Counted from the first letter of the stretch, positions 19,049 through 29,779 are shown. The stretch: DNA of 64,000 nucleotides from an uncultured Gammaproteobacteria bacterium (GCA_964350265.1 CAYGJZ010000001.1:33944-97943); one strand, 5' to 3'. The notes: generated by a model not told the origin, from the sequence alone. Numbers and translations are program-made.

Positions 19049-20720
19049 ACTCGACCCGGTCGCGGCCGGCGTCCTTGGCGCGGAACAGGGCGCGGTCCAC
19101 GCGCATGACGAAGTCGCCGGCCCGCTCGCCGGCGGCCAGGGTGCCGACGCCGATGCTCACCGTCACCGGGCCGATGCCGTCGAAGGTGGCCGCGGCCATG
19201 CCCGCGCGCAGCGTCTCGGCGGTGTGCCGCGCGGCGCGAAGGTCGGTGCCGGCGCAGAGCACGGCGAACTCCTCGCCGCCCCAGCGGCAGATGGCATGTT
19301 CCTCGCTGAGCGTGCGCTTCAGTTGCCGCGCCATCTGCCGCAGCACCTCGTCGCCGCCGGCGTGGCCATGGTTGTCGTTGATGCGCTTGAAGTGGTCCAC
19401 GTCGAGAAGCAGCAGCGACAGCGGCCGCTGGTGCTCGGCGGCATCCCGGCAGGCGGCGTCCAGGCGGGCGTCGAAGGCGCGTCGGTTGTACAGGTCGGTG
19501 AGGTAGTCGATCTCCGCCCGGCGGCGATCGCTGATGTCCTGCACCAGCACGTAGAAGCCGCGCACCTCGCCGTCGATAAGCTGGTGCGGGATGTAGTCGG
19601 CCTGCACCGGGCGCGGCCGTCCGCGCAGGTAGGGCACCTCGGTCTCGAAGGACACGGTGCGACCGGCCAGGGCGGCGTCCATGTGCGGCTCGACCAGCGC
19701 GAAGGCGGCTTCGCCGAGCACGTCGCGCACCCGCTGGCCGACCACTTCCTCGCGGCGCAGGCCGAACCAGTCCAGGTAGGCATCGTTGACGTCGCGGTAG
19801 CGCTTGTCGGTGCCGATGTAGGACACCAGCGCCGGCAGCGCGTCGATCAGCAGGCGCTGGCGGTCGTGGGTCACGCTGGAGCGGCTGTCGTCCACGGTGG
19901 TGGCGATGAAGCCGGCGAGAAATTGCAGCAGCTCGGCATGCACGCCGCGAAAGGCACGGGCCTGCCGGGCGCGGATGGCGAGCACGCCGTAGCAGCGGCC
20001 GGCGGATTCCACCCGCACCAGTACCGCGGAACGGAAGCGGCCATAGGCGGCGACGTCGCAGGAACGCACGCGCAGGTCCTCGGCGGCGTCCTCGATGATC
20101 AGCGGTTCGCGTTGTCGATAGGCGCGGCCAGACAGGCTTTCGCTCACCGCCAGCCGCACGCCGAGGCGGTTTCTTGCCTCGCTGCTGCTGGCGCGGCAGA
20201 TCAGCACGTCGCCCTCGATGCGCTCGAGCATGGCCTCCTCGGCCGCGGTGACGGTGACGGCGGCATCCAGGTAGGCGGCCAGCAGGCTGCCGATGCTGCC
20301 GCCGCTGCTGGCCAGGCGGCAGACATGAACCATGCCGCGGACCTTGACCAGGGCGTCGGCACAGCCACTGGAGTCCTCGTGGTCGAACACGGCCAGCAGC
20401 ATGCGCCCGCGGCCGTGGCCGGGCACCTCGAGCACCGAGCAGGGTACCTGCTGGCGCCAGCCGTGCGCCTGCACGGTCAGCGTCTGCGCGGCGTCCTTCG
20501 ACCGCTTCGACGCGGCGAGGATCTCCCCGGCCAGCGAGGCGTCGTCGAGGGAGCCCTCGAGCAGGACCTGGGCAGCGGCATTGGCGAAGACCAGCCGGGG
20601 AACCTGGTCCTCGGCAATCGATACCAGCACCAGGGCATCGCGGACCGAGTCGAGGCCGAGCCGGGCGGCGGCGGGTGCCGGATCCTCGAAGACCCGGTGC
20701 ATGGGGGTCGTTGCGGACAT
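19014..20720 (-). CDS. GAF/PAS-containing diguanylate cyclase (GGDEF)
   Basis: 568 aa from MSATTPMHRV within ORF 19014..20879. C-terminal GGDEF domain with intact GGEEF; no RxxD I-site seen just upstream of it. Its 3' end overlaps the convergent sulfatase gene by 35 nt. Confidence 0.85.
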   Translation of the reverse strand: MSATTPMHRVFEDPAPAAARLGLDSVRDALVLVSIAEDQVPRLVFANAAAQVLLEGSLDDASLAGEILAASKRSKDAAQTLTVQAHGWRQQVPCSVLEVPGHGRGRMLLAVFDHEDSSGCADALVKVRGMVHVCRLASSGGSIGSLLAAYLDAAVTVTAAEEAMLERIEGDVLICRASSSEARNRLGVRLAVSESLSGRAYRQREPLIIEDAAEDLRVRSCDVAAYGRFRSAVLVRVESAGRCYGVLAIRARQARAFRGVHAELLQFLAGFIATTVDDSRSSVTHDRQRLLIDALPALVSYIGTDKRYRDVNDAYLDWFGLRREEVVGQRVRDVLGEAAFALVEPHMDAALAGRTVSFETEVPYLRGRPRPVQADYIPHQLIDGEVRGFYVLVQDISDRRRAEIDYLTDLYNRRAFDARLDAACRDAAEHQRPLSLLLLDVDHFKRINDNHGHAGGDEVLRQMARQLKRTLSEEHAICRWGGEEFAVLCAGTDLRAARHTAETLRAGMAAATFDGIGPVTVSIGVGTLAAGERAGDFVMRVDRALFRAKDAGRDRVEFSEGPRPAPAR

Positions 20721-20877
20721 GTCCCCACTATACCAAGGTGCAACCGCCCGGCTGTCATCCCGGGCGTCATCATCCGCGACCGTTCGCCTGCCGGCGACGA
20801 ACGTGGTAGAAGGAAGGCACGACGCGCCGCCCGCCCGGCGTCGTGTCGCCGTCCACGCCGAACCGGAGGATGCCGCC

Positions 20878-21342
20878 ATGCCGATTCACGTTTGTTCCAA
20901 GCGTCTGTTCCGTCGCGTACTGCTGGCCCTCGGCCTCGTCGCCGCCTGGCCGGCACAGGCCGACCCGGCGCTGTCCGCGCGCGAGGTCGTCGATATCCAG
21001 CTCGATGCGCTGCAGGCGCTGGCACCCGGCTCGCTGGATGGCGTGGCCACGGTGTGGCGTCATGCGCACCCGGACAACCGTCGCCAGCTCGGCGACCTGC
21101 AACGCTTCGGCGCGATGCTGCAAAGCCCGGGCTATGTCGCCCTGCTCGGTCATCGCGATCGCCAGGTGCTGGCGGCGCGCAGCGCTGGCGAGGTGGTCGA
21201 GTTCTACGTCACTGTCCGTGGTGGCGACGGCAGCGCGACCGCCTACCTGTGGGTGGTGGAAAAAGTCGCCGACGGAGAGTTCGCCCGATGCTGGATGACC
21301 CGTTCGGTGTCGCCGGCGGTGACCCTGAACCGATCGGCCTAG
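20878..21342 (+). CDS. Secreted DUF4864-like protein
   Basis: 154 aa from MPIHVCSKRLF (frame of ORF 20332..21342). GGAGGA RBS. Signal peptide ...AWPAQA. NTF2-like DUF4864 pattern (VVDIQLDALQA...). Confidence 0.55.
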   Translation: MPIHVCSKRLFRRVLLALGLVAAWPAQADPALSAREVVDIQLDALQALAPGSLDGVATVWRHAHPDNRRQLGDLQRFGAMLQSPGYVALLGHRDRQVLAARSAGEVVEFYVTVRGGDGSATAYLWVVEKVADGEFARCWMTRSVSPAVTLNRSA

Positions 21343-21347
21343 CAGCC

Positions 21348-22298
21348 TCAGTAGCCGAGCTGGCGATCGACCTCGTGCAGCAGGGGTCGCCCCTCGACCA
21401 GCCGGCGGTAGTTCTCCGCCACCACGCCAACGCCCTCGCCGAGATGCCAGCCGGCGACGTGCGGGGTGACGATGACCCCCGGGTGCGCCCACAGCGGGTG
21501 ATCGGCGGGTAGCGGCTCGACCCGGAAGACGTCGAGCACGGCACCGCCGGGGCGGCCGCGGTCGAGGGCCGCCAGCAGGTCGTCCTCCACCACCAGGTTG
21601 CCGCGGCCGACGTTCAGCAGCACCGAGCCGGGCTTCATCTTCGCCAGCCGCCGGGCGTCGAACAATCCCCGGGTGCGTTCGGTGGAGGGCAGGATGCAGA
21701 GCACGTAGTCCGCCGTCGCCAGCACCGCGTCGAGGGCCTCGTCGCCGTGTCGGCAGTGCACCCCGGGGATCTCGCGCGGGGTGCGGCTGACGCCGTCGAC
21801 GGCAAAGCCCAGCGCGGCGAAGGTGGTGGCCACGCGGGCGCCGATGTGGCCGAGGCCGAGCACCGCGATGCGCACGTCCCGGCAGCCCCGGGGTTCCCGC
21901 GGCGACCACTGCCGTTGCTGCTGGTTGCGGTGGTGGTGGAAGACATCGCGCAGGTGGGCGAAGACCTGGGCCAGGCAGTACTCGGTGATCTCCCGGGCCG
22001 AGTCGTCCTGGCGCATTCGCGCCACCTTCACCGACGGTGCCAGCGACGGGTCGGCGACGATGGTTTCCACCCCGGCGCCGAGCTTCTGCACCAGCGCCAG
22101 GTTGGGATAGGCGGCGAACTGCCCCGGCCGGGTGCGCGACACCGCCAGCACCGCGATGTCGGCCGGGTCGCCGGGGTCGTCGGCGCAGCGGATGTCCACC
22201 CCCGGCAGCAGCGGCGCGATCTGCGCCGCCAGCTCGCCGTCGCCGATCCAGTGGGCCTGCCCGCTGTCGATCAGCAACGCCGACGAGGGCTTGGCCAT
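21348..22298 (-). CDS. D-2-hydroxyacid dehydrogenase / glyoxylate-hydroxypyruvate reductase A-like
   Basis: 316-aa ORF. NAD motif VLGLGHIGARVA and catalytic region NVGRG...D...PH typical of the D-isomer 2-hydroxyacid dehydrogenase family. Confidence 0.8.
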   Translation of the reverse strand: MAKPSSALLIDSGQAHWIGDGELAAQIAPLLPGVDIRCADDPGDPADIAVLAVSRTRPGQFAAYPNLALVQKLGAGVETIVADPSLAPSVKVARMRQDDSAREITEYCLAQVFAHLRDVFHHHRNQQQRQWSPREPRGCRDVRIAVLGLGHIGARVATTFAALGFAVDGVSRTPREIPGVHCRHGDEALDAVLATADYVLCILPSTERTRGLFDARRLAKMKPGSVLLNVGRGNLVVEDDLLAALDRGRPGGAVLDVFRVEPLPADHPLWAHPGVIVTPHVAGWHLGEGVGVVAENYRRLVEGRPLLHEVDRQLGY

Positions 22299-22299
22299 G

Positions 22300-23619
22300 C
22301 TAGCCGAGTACCTCCTCGATGGAACGGCGGTAGCGCTGGATGAACAGGTCGATCTCGGTCTCGCTGATGGTCAGCGGCGGCGACATCACCATGCCGTCGC
22401 CGACGCCGCGGGCCAGCAGCCCGTTCTCGAAGCAGCGGTTGTGCACCGCCATCCCGGTGCCGCCGGGGAAGCGTTCGGCATCGGCGGCGAAGGTCACCGC
22501 GCCGAGCAGGCCGTAGTTGCGGATGTCGACGATGCCGTCGATGCCGCGCAGGCCGTGCAGGGCGTCCTCGAAGTACTGGCCGATGGGGCCGCTGGCGCGG
22601 GTCAGCAACTGCTCGCGCTCGTAGATGCCGAAGGCGGCAAGACCGGCGGCGGCGGCCACCGGGCTGCCGGCATAGGTATTGCCGTGGAACAGCTCCGGGC
22701 CACCGGCCGGGGCGGCATCGAAGATGGCCTGCTGCACGTCGCGGTGCACGAACACCGCGCCCATGGGAATGGTGCCGCCGTTGATGGCCTTGGCGGTGGT
22801 CATCAGGTCGGGGGTCACGCCGAGGGCCTGGGAGGCGAAGCACTGGCCGGTGCGGCCGAAGCCGGTGACCACCTCGTCGAAGATCAGCAGCACGTCGTTG
22901 GCGTCGCAGATCTCGCGGATGCGCTGGAGGTAGCCGGCCGGTGGCGGCACCATGCCGCCGGCGCCGACGATGGGCTCGATGATCACCGCGCAGACATTGT
23001 CGGCACCACGCTGCTCGATGATGGCGGCGAGCTGGTCGGCCTTCTCGGCACCGTGTTCCGGCAGGCCGCGACTGAAGGCGGCATGGGCGATGTCGAGGGT
23101 GTCGTCGAGGAAGTCGACGTTGTCCAGCACCGGGAAGCCGCGGCGGTTGTTGGGCAGACCCTGCAGCGAGGTGCCGCCGACGTTGATGCCGTGGTAGCCG
23201 CGCTGGCGCGAGACCAGCCGGGTCTTGTTCGGCTTGCCGCGGGCGACCTGGTAGTGGAAGGCGATCTTCAGCGCGGTGTCCACCGACTCGGAGCCGGAGT
23301 TGGTGAAGAACACGCGGTCGAGCCCGTCCGGGGCATGGCTGGCCAGCTTCTCGGCGAAGCGGAAGGTGACCGGGTTGCCGAACTGGAAGGGCGGCGCATA
23401 GTCCATGGTCATCATCTGCTCATGCACCGCGTCGGCGATTTCGCGGCGGCCATGGCCGGGGGCGACGCACCACAGGCCGGCGGTCATGTCGAGGATGTCG
23501 CGACCGTCCTCGGTGTACAGGAAGCAGCCTTCGGCGCGGGAAATGATGCGGGGGTTGGCGCGAAAGCCGCGGACGTTGGTGAACGGCTGCCACCAGTTTT
23601 CAAGGTTCAGCGAGGTCAT
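22300..23619 (-). CDS. Class-III (omega) aminotransferase
   Basis: 439 aa from MTSLNLENWWQPF within ORF 22300..23748. Motifs FTNSGSESVDTALK, DEVVTGFGRTG and TTAKAINGG (PLP lysine region). Stop lies 1 nt from the downstream dehydrogenase start. Confidence 0.85.
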   Translation of the reverse strand: MTSLNLENWWQPFTNVRGFRANPRIISRAEGCFLYTEDGRDILDMTAGLWCVAPGHGRREIADAVHEQMMTMDYAPPFQFGNPVTFRFAEKLASHAPDGLDRVFFTNSGSESVDTALKIAFHYQVARGKPNKTRLVSRQRGYHGINVGGTSLQGLPNNRRGFPVLDNVDFLDDTLDIAHAAFSRGLPEHGAEKADQLAAIIEQRGADNVCAVIIEPIVGAGGMVPPPAGYLQRIREICDANDVLLIFDEVVTGFGRTGQCFASQALGVTPDLMTTAKAINGGTIPMGAVFVHRDVQQAIFDAAPAGGPELFHGNTYAGSPVAAAAGLAAFGIYEREQLLTRASGPIGQYFEDALHGLRGIDGIVDIRNYGLLGAVTFAADAERFPGGTGMAVHNRCFENGLLARGVGDGMVMSPPLTISETEIDLFIQRYRRSIEEVLG

Positions 23620-23746
23620 GGTGCTTCCCTGGTCGGCGCGCGTCGGCCGCCGTGGTTGCGCGGCATCGAACGCGGCATGGATGAAGTCGAGCGCGCATTG
23701 TACCGAAACGGTCGCGGAGTTCTTATGCAGGCTTTTTGGCGCAGCC

Positions 23747-23776
23747 AAAAAAAAAGCGCCGATGTGGAATCGGCGC
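23747..23776 (-). terminator. Rho-independent terminator downstream of the phasin gene
   Basis: Stem GCGCCGAT / ATCGGCGC with a 5-nt loop. On the minus strand it is followed by a 9-nt T run (the A run at 23747-23755 on the plus strand). Confidence 0.7.
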
Positions 23777-23868
23777 GAAGATCACTTAGGAGGAGGAAAG
23801 CGTTGCGGGACCGTTGTCGGTGCCGCGGCGAGACGCCGGTGTTGCCCGGCGCTCGCGCAGGGGTTTTG

Positions 23869-24198
23869 TCAGGCGGCCTTCTTGGTCGACTCGGAGACCA
23901 GCTTGCCGGCGGCCTCGAAGTAGCTCATCGACAGCTTCACCGCGGCCTCGGCATCGGCGCGTGCGGTGTCGGCGATGGCCTTGATGGCCTCGGGCTGGCG
24001 GGCGACGTAGGCCTGCAGGGCGGCGGGGTCCTTCAGTTCGACCAGCTCGCGGGCATTGGCCAGGGCGAGGTCGGCGTAGCGCTTGGTGATGGACAGGTTC
24101 ATTTCCATCATCTTGGCGGCGTTGTCCAGGGTCAGCTTGTTGAAGGCGCGGACCGGCTCGAGGGCCTTGTCGACATCGGGGAGAGCTTTGGTGGCCAT
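23869..24198 (-). CDS. Phasin-family (PHA granule-associated) protein
   Basis: 109 aa from MATKALPDVDKALEPVRAFNKL at the 3' end of ORF 23869..24693. GGAGG RBS. Small alanine/lysine-rich helical protein resembling phasins. Confidence 0.65.
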   Translation of the reverse strand: MATKALPDVDKALEPVRAFNKLTLDNAAKMMEMNLSITKRYADLALANARELVELKDPAALQAYVARQPEAIKAIADTARADAEAAVKLSMSYFEAAGKLVSESTKKAA

Positions 24199-24698
24199 GA
24201 TTAGAAACCTCCGGGAGGCGTCTGTGTGTATGTTGCGGTGCATCATAACAGCCTCTTTTGTGCAATGCAACAAGTGCATGGGAAAAAAGTTGGCGGGCGT
24301 TGAGCATGGTGTCGTGATTGGGGGAAGGACCGCGTGTTCCGGGGCTTTTTCGCCCTTCGCCCGTGCCCTTTCGGCGGACGGTGGAGGCTCGCCGGGTCCG
24401 TCGGCAGCCCGGTTTCCAGCTCGAAGTCGGTCCCCGTTGCCGACCGCGCCTGCCGACGTCGACGAGTGCGTACACCTGGGCGGACACCTGGGCGGCGCCG
24501 GGGCGCGACCACGCTGGCCGAGCCGGCCGGTCTTCGCGGGTGCCGGGCGGCGGCCTCGCCGCCAACACCACCGGCGCCCGGTGACGTCCTTCATGTCCTC
24601 GTCACCTCGGCCGGCAACAATGCCCTGGCCAGCGGCGCCATATTGCATTGCCGATGGCTTTACAGTGTAATTTCGGCGGCATTCACGCGGCATGCACG

Positions 24699-25301
24699 AT
24701 GATCGATCCGGGACTTCGCATCCTCCGTACCGACATTTCGGCCACGCCCATCGAATGGATCGGCGTGGAAGAGGCGGTCAAGCTTTACTGCCAGGCGCAG
24801 GTAGCCTATGCGCTCGGCTCGGTCACCTGTTGCGTGCGCGGCGGCTTCAACGCGAAGAGCGGTGAACGCAGCGAGGTGGAGGTCAGCTCCATCCTGTGCA
24901 CCCAGGGGCGGCAGCGAGCCCTGCATCGCCTGCACCATCACTACACGCCGCCGCTGAACAACAACACCCTGTTTCGTCGCGACGGCAACCTGTGCATGTA
25001 CTGCGGCGGCCAGTTCCGCGATGCCGACCTGTCCCGCGACCATATCCAGCCGCTCAGTCGCGGTGGCCAGGACGTGTGGACCAACGTCGTCGCGGCCTGC
25101 AAGCGCTGCAACCACTTCAAGGGCGACCGCACCCCCGAACAGGCCGGGCTGGAGCTGCTGGCGGTGCCCTTCAAGCCCACCCACGCCGAGTACATCTACC
25201 TCTCCGGTCGCCGCATCCTGGCCGACCAGATGGCATTCCTCAAGGCCCACTTCCCCCGCAACAGCCCGCTGCTGCGAAGACTGGCGGCCGCCGCGGCCTG
25301 A
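24699..25301 (+). CDS. HNH endonuclease
   Basis: 200 aa from MIDPGLRIL. HNH core CMYCGG...DHIQPLSRGG...N...ACKRCNHFKGDRTP. Confidence 0.85.
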   Translation: MIDPGLRILRTDISATPIEWIGVEEAVKLYCQAQVAYALGSVTCCVRGGFNAKSGERSEVEVSSILCTQGRQRALHRLHHHYTPPLNNNTLFRRDGNLCMYCGGQFRDADLSRDHIQPLSRGGQDVWTNVVAACKRCNHFKGDRTPEQAGLELLAVPFKPTHAEYIYLSGRRILADQMAFLKAHFPRNSPLLRRLAAAAA

Positions 25302-25310
25302 TGCGTCGAG

Positions 25311-25949
25311 GTGGCTGACCGGGTCGACGCGGCGGTGGCGCGGCTCGACCGCGTACTGCCCCTGCGCCGGCGCCAGCGCACGCTGACGGTGGCCCATCGA
25401 CAGGCACACCGCGACTTGTTGCGCCACTTCCTGCACCACGGTCGGCCGCCGACCCCGGATGACCTGCCGACGGACTCGCTGGCCGCGATGGTCGATGCCG
25501 ACCTGGTGGTGCTGAGCGAGGACGGCGCCATTCACGGCGCCTATCCCTTCACCGCCGAGGCCCGCGAGCACCGGGTGCACAGCGGGCATGGCATGGTGCA
25601 TGCCATGTGCGCCATCGATGCGCTGGGCGTGGCCGCGATGTTTGCCATCGACACCGAGGTGGTGTCCCGTTGCCGGCTCGGCGGCGGCCCGGTGCGCATT
25701 TTCCAGCGGGCCGACGGTCGCGCCCGTACGCACCACGGCGTCGAGGTGCATGCCGCGATCGACTGGCGCGCATCCAGCACCGGCCCCTGCGCCATGCACC
25801 TGTGCCGACAGATGATGTTCCTGCGCGAGGGGGCGCAGGCCTGGCAGGATGCCGATCCGGCCAATCGCGACCTGTTTGATCTCGACCAGGCAACGGCATT
25901 CGCCGCGCGCCTGTTCCTGCCGTTGATGAAGGAGGATGCCCTGCCATGA
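25311..25949 (+). CDS. MerB-like (organomercurial lyase family) protein
   Basis: 212-aa ORF (GTG start). HAMCAIDALGVAAMF parallels the MerB YAWCALDTLIFPALI (Cys96/Asp99 positions kept). A later Cys in AMHLCRQMMFL parallels the MerB Cys159 region. Confidence 0.6.
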   Translation: MADRVDAAVARLDRVLPLRRRQRTLTVAHRQAHRDLLRHFLHHGRPPTPDDLPTDSLAAMVDADLVVLSEDGAIHGAYPFTAEAREHRVHSGHGMVHAMCAIDALGVAAMFAIDTEVVSRCRLGGGPVRIFQRADGRARTHHGVEVHAAIDWRASSTGPCAMHLCRQMMFLREGAQAWQDADPANRDLFDLDQATAFAARLFLPLMKEDALP

Positions 25950-26311
25950 AACACCCGCGATACACCCTGTACGCGGTGCGCGTGTTCGTGCGCGACTTCG
26001 AAGCGGCGGAACGCTTCTACCGTGACGTGCTCGGCCTCAAGCCGGGCTTTGTCAGCCACGAAGCGGGCTGGGCGGAGTTCGACACCGGTGGTGGACGCAT
26101 TGCCCTGGAACGCATCGTCGATGCCGAGGGCGAGGCACTTGCCGGGCGCTTCGTCGGGGTCTCGTTGCAGGTGGACGACATCGACGCGGTCTACCGGTTG
26201 CTTTGCGAGCGCGGCGTGACCTTCGCGATGGCGCCGGAGCGCCAGGACTGGGGTGGCACGCTGGCCCACCTGCGCGATCCGGAAGGCAACGTGCTCACCT
26301 TGCTGGGTTGA
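25946..26311 (+). CDS. VOC/glyoxalase-family protein
   Basis: 121-aa ORF overlapping the previous stop by 4 nt. Paired beta-alpha-beta-beta-beta module pattern (FYRDVLGL..., ...LRDPEGNVLTL). Confidence 0.8.
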   Translation: MKHPRYTLYAVRVFVRDFEAAERFYRDVLGLKPGFVSHEAGWAEFDTGGGRIALERIVDAEGEALAGRFVGVSLQVDDIDAVYRLLCERGVTFAMAPERQDWGGTLAHLRDPEGNVLTLLG

Positions 26312-26333
26312 CGGGATCGCGGAAGCGGCAACG

Positions 26334-26364
26334 AAAAAGGCCCGCCACCAGGCGGGCCTTTTTC
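26334..26364. terminator. Bidirectional rho-independent terminator
   Basis: AAAAA-GGCCCGCC-ACCA-GGCGGGCC-TTTTT between the convergent VOC and H-NS-like genes. Confidence 0.85.
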
Positions 26365-26380
26365 TCGCGGGCCGGGAAGT

Positions 26381-26752
26381 CTACTTGATCGCGAGATCCT
26401 GCAGCTTCTTGCCGGCGTCCAGCGCGGCCACCACCCAGGCCGGCTTGCGTCCGCGGCCGGTCCAGGTTTCCCTGGAGTTGGCCGGGTTGCGGTACTTCGG
26501 CGCTACCTTGCCCCGTTTCTTTCGGCCGATCTTCTTCGCGCTGGCCTTCTTGCCGCGACGCTTTCGCGTGGTCGGTGCGCCGTCGTCGATGATCTCGGCA
26601 ATCTCCAGTCCTTCGTCCCTGGCGAGTTCACGAAACTTCTTGGCCAGTTCCTTTTTCTTGGTTTTCTTTCTTGCGTCGATCTGCGCCGTGCAGTTCTTGA
26701 TCAGCTCTTCGAGTTCGGCAACATTCAACTTCGAAATATCAGGTAGTGCCAC
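26381..26752 (-). CDS. H-NS-family nucleoid-associated protein
   Basis: 123-aa ORF. N-terminal coiled coil, lysine-rich linker, C-terminal DNA-binding motif TWTGRGRKPAWV. AT-richer upstream region at 26753-27080. Confidence 0.85.
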   Translation of the reverse strand: MALPDISKLNVAELEELIKNCTAQIDARKKTKKKELAKKFRELARDEGLEIAEIIDDGAPTTRKRRGKKASAKKIGRKKRGKVAPKYRNPANSRETWTGRGRKPAWVVAALDAGKKLQDLAIK

Positions 26753-27083
26753 AATGGTTCTCCCATGCAGTCCGGGGCGAAAATAAACAAATAAACGGCT
26801 AGCCCGCGGGTTATTCCGTTATTCAATTGGGGGCGGTAATTTATGCAATTCAGGGGGTCAACGCAAATCAACGTAACGGTAATCGTTTACAACGTGTTGT
26901 ATGCCTGCGTTTCCAATCCCGGCTTACGCGTGGTTGCAAGTATTCCGTGTATACAACGGGCAATACCCGAACAGGACCGGAAAAGGGGGCAACCGGGGAG
27001 AATTGTCGAGGGAATGCGGTGACCGACATGGTTTTTATCGTTTCAAACCACGTGCACCAAGTTGGCACGAACGCTGTGTCCAC

Positions 27084-28724
27084 TCAATCGGCGATGGCCG
27101 ACTCGTCTTCCACGTGCAGGGAAAAGGCTGCCGAGATCAGCGCACGGGTATAGTCCGCCGCCGGCTGTGCAAACAGGGTTTCCGCCTCGCCGGATTCCAC
27201 CACCACGCCGTCACGCAATACCACCAGGTAGTCGCTCATCGCCCGCACCACTTTCAAGTCGTGGCTGATGAACATGTAGGCCAGTGAATGCTGCTCCTGA
27301 AGTTTCAACAGCAGTTCGACGATCTGCACCTGCACCGAGCGATCCAGCGCCGAGGTCGGTTCGTCCAGCACCACCAGTTTCGGTTGCATGATCATGGCCC
27401 GGGCAATGGCTACGCGCTGGCGCTGGCCGCCGGAAAACTCGTGCGGGTAACGAAAGCGACTGTCCGGGTCGAGACCGACTTCCACCAGGGCATCGACCAC
27501 GCGCTGCTCGCGTTCGGAGTCGTCGCCGATGTCGTGGGCAACGAGTCCCTCCTCGACGATCTGCTGGATGGACAGGCGTGGAGACAGCGAGCCGTAGGGA
27601 TCCTGGAACACCACCTGCATCTGCCTGCGCACCGGCTTCAATGCCTCGCCGTGCGCGCGGCTGATGTTCTCACCGCGAAAATGAATCTCGCCTTCGCTGT
27701 CCTGCAGGCGCAGCATGGCCAGTGCCAGGGTGGTCTTGCCCGATCCGCTTTCGCCGACCACGCCCACGGTTTCCCCGGCGCGCACGCGGAAGCTGACCTC
27801 GTCCACCGCCTTCACGTGATCCACGGTGCGCTTGAAGATGCCGCGCTTGATCGGGAACCAGACCCGGACCTTCTCGGCGCGCAGGACTTCCTCGCGACCG
27901 TCGAGGTCACGGGCCGGCTTCACCGGCGGCTCGGCGGTGATCAGTTCGCGGGTGTATTCCCGTTGCGGCGCCGCGAACACGGCATCGGTGGCACCCTCTT
28001 CCACCACCTGGCCGTTCTTCATCACGTAGAGCATGTCGGCGGTCTTCTCGACGATGCCAAGGTCGTGGGTGATCAGCAGCACGGCCATGCCCAGGTCGCG
28101 CTGCAGGTCGTCGAGCAGCTTCAGGATCTGCGCCTGGGTGGTCACGTCCAGCGCGGTGGTGGGTTCGTCGGCGATCAAGAGGTCCGGGTCGTTGGCCAGC
28201 GCCATGGCCATCATCACCCGCTGGCGCTGACCGCCGGAAAGCTGGTGCGGGTAGCTGTCCAGTCGTTGCCGCGGGTTGCGGATGCGCACCTTCTCGAGCA
28301 GTTCCAGGCAGCGGCCACGTGCCTCGTCGTCGGACAGGCCCTTGTGCAGCAGCAGGACTTCGCTGATCTGCTTGCGCACCGTGTGCAACGGGTTCAGCGA
28401 GGTCATCGGTTCCTGGAAGATCATGCCGACCTGGTCGCCGCGTACCCGCCGCAGGGTGGCGGGCGAGGCATTCACCAGTTCCTCGCCGCGGAAGCGGATG
28501 CTGCCGGAGGGGTGGTGCGCCTTCGGATAGGGCAGCAACTGCATCACCGACAGCGCGGTGACCGACTTGCCCGAGCCGCTTTCTCCGACCAGCGCCACGG
28601 TCTGTCCTCGCTCGACCACCAGGCTGGCATGGTCGACGGCGACGATGTCCGGCCCGCTGGCACGGAAATGCACCGACAGGTCGTCGATGACCAGCAGCGG
28701 CGTGTTGTTGGCGTCGTCGTTCAC
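27084..28724 (-). CDS. yejF: Peptide/microcin-type ABC transporter, fused double ATPase YejF
   Basis: 546-aa ORF with two complete ABC cassettes (GESGSGKS twice, LSGGQRQR twice). Last gene of yejABEF. Confidence 0.9.
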   Translation of the reverse strand: MNDDANNTPLLVIDDLSVHFRASGPDIVAVDHASLVVERGQTVALVGESGSGKSVTALSVMQLLPYPKAHHPSGSIRFRGEELVNASPATLRRVRGDQVGMIFQEPMTSLNPLHTVRKQISEVLLLHKGLSDDEARGRCLELLEKVRIRNPRQRLDSYPHQLSGGQRQRVMMAMALANDPDLLIADEPTTALDVTTQAQILKLLDDLQRDLGMAVLLITHDLGIVEKTADMLYVMKNGQVVEEGATDAVFAAPQREYTRELITAEPPVKPARDLDGREEVLRAEKVRVWFPIKRGIFKRTVDHVKAVDEVSFRVRAGETVGVVGESGSGKTTLALAMLRLQDSEGEIHFRGENISRAHGEALKPVRRQMQVVFQDPYGSLSPRLSIQQIVEEGLVAHDIGDDSEREQRVVDALVEVGLDPDSRFRYPHEFSGGQRQRVAIARAMIMQPKLVVLDEPTSALDRSVQVQIVELLLKLQEQHSLAYMFISHDLKVVRAMSDYLVVLRDGVVVESGEAETLFAQPAADYTRALISAAFSLHVEDESAIAD

Positions 28725-29779
28725 AGCACGTTCTTGCGCGGATCGAAGGCGTCGCGCACCGCTTCACCGATGAAGATCAGCAGCGACAGCATGGCGCCGA
28801 TGACGAAGAAGCCGGTCAGGCCCAGCCACGGAGCCTGCAGGTTGGCCTTGCCCTGGGCCAGCAGTTCGCCGAGGGAGGCCGAGCCCGGTGGCAGGCCGAT
28901 GCCGAGGAAGTCCAGCGAGGTCAGCACGGTGACCGAGCCGGCCAGGGTGAAGGGCATGAAGGTCAGCGTCGCGACCATGGCATTGGGCAGCACGTGCTTG
29001 AAGATGATGACCCGGTCGGACACGCCCAGCGCGCGGGCCGCGCGCACGTACTCGAAGTTGCGCGCGCGCAGGAACTCGGCGCGCACCACGCCGACGAATC
29101 CCATCCACGAGAACAGGAGCAGCACGCCGAGCAGCCACCAGAAGTTCGGCTCCACGATGCTGGCGAGGATGATCAGGATGAACAGGATGGGCAGTCCCGA
29201 CCAGACTTCGATGAAGCGCTGGAAGACGAGGTCCAGCCAGCCGCCGAAGTAGCCCTGCACGGCACCCGCGCTGACCCCGACGGCGGCGCTGATGATGGTC
29301 AGGGTGAAGCCGAACAGCACCGAGATGCGAAAGCCGTAGATCAGCCGTGCGGCGACGTCGCGGGCCTGGTCGTCGGTGCCCAGCCAGTGGGTCGCGTCCG
29401 GCGGCGATGGCGCCGGCTCGGGCAGGTCCCAGGCCACCGTCTGGTGGTCGAAGGGAATCAGCGGCCACAGCATCCAGCCCTTGTCGTTGATCAGCGCGCT
29501 GACCACCGGGTCGCGGTAGTCGGCCTCGGTGGGAAACTCGCCGCCGAAGGTGGTCTCGGGATAGCTGGCGAAGATCGGCGAGTACAGGCCGCCGTCGTAC
29601 CAGACCACGATGGGCTTGTCGTTGGCGACGAACTCGGCCAGGCCGGTGAACACGAACAGGGCGGCGAAGATCCACAGCGACCACCAGCCGCGGCGGTTGG
29701 CGCGAAAGTTCTGCATGCGCCGTTGGGTCAGCGGCGACAGCGGCCGGCCGAGCAGGCGACGACGGCGCGGCGTGCTCAT
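28721..29779 (-). CDS. yejE: ABC transporter permease YejE
   Basis: 352 aa from [10 protein letters not shown] within ORF 28721..30454. 4-nt overlaps with yejB and yejF. Opp/Dpp-C-type permease. Confidence 0.85.
   Translation of the reverse strand: MSTPRRRRLLGRPLSPLTQRRMQNFRANRRGWWSLWIFAALFVFTGLAEFVANDKPIVVWYDGGLYSPIFASYPETTFGGEFPTEADYRDPVVSALINDKGWMLWPLIPFDHQTVAWDLPEPAPSPPDATHWLGTDDQARDVAARLIYGFRISVLFGFTLTIISAAVGVSAGAVQGYFGGWLDLVFQRFIEVWSGLPILFILIILASIVEPNFWWLLGVLLLFSWMGFVGVVRAEFLRARNFEYVRAARALGVSDRVIIFKHVLPNAMVATLTFMPFTLAGSVTVLTSLDFLGIGLPPGSASLGELLAQGKANLQAPWLGLTGFFVIGAMLSLLIFIGEAVRDAFDPRKNVL

Noticed and set aside
24199-24698. The 500-bp GC-rich gap upstream of the phasin gene as a possible missed gene (ORFs 24083..24670 +, 24243..24512 -, 24318..24584 +, 24334..24702 +).
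   Set aside because: The translations are Arg/Pro/Gly-rich with no domain signal or RBS. The region is more likely the phasin promoter/regulatory region; it holds TGCA-rich repeats near 24262-24285 that I cannot assign.
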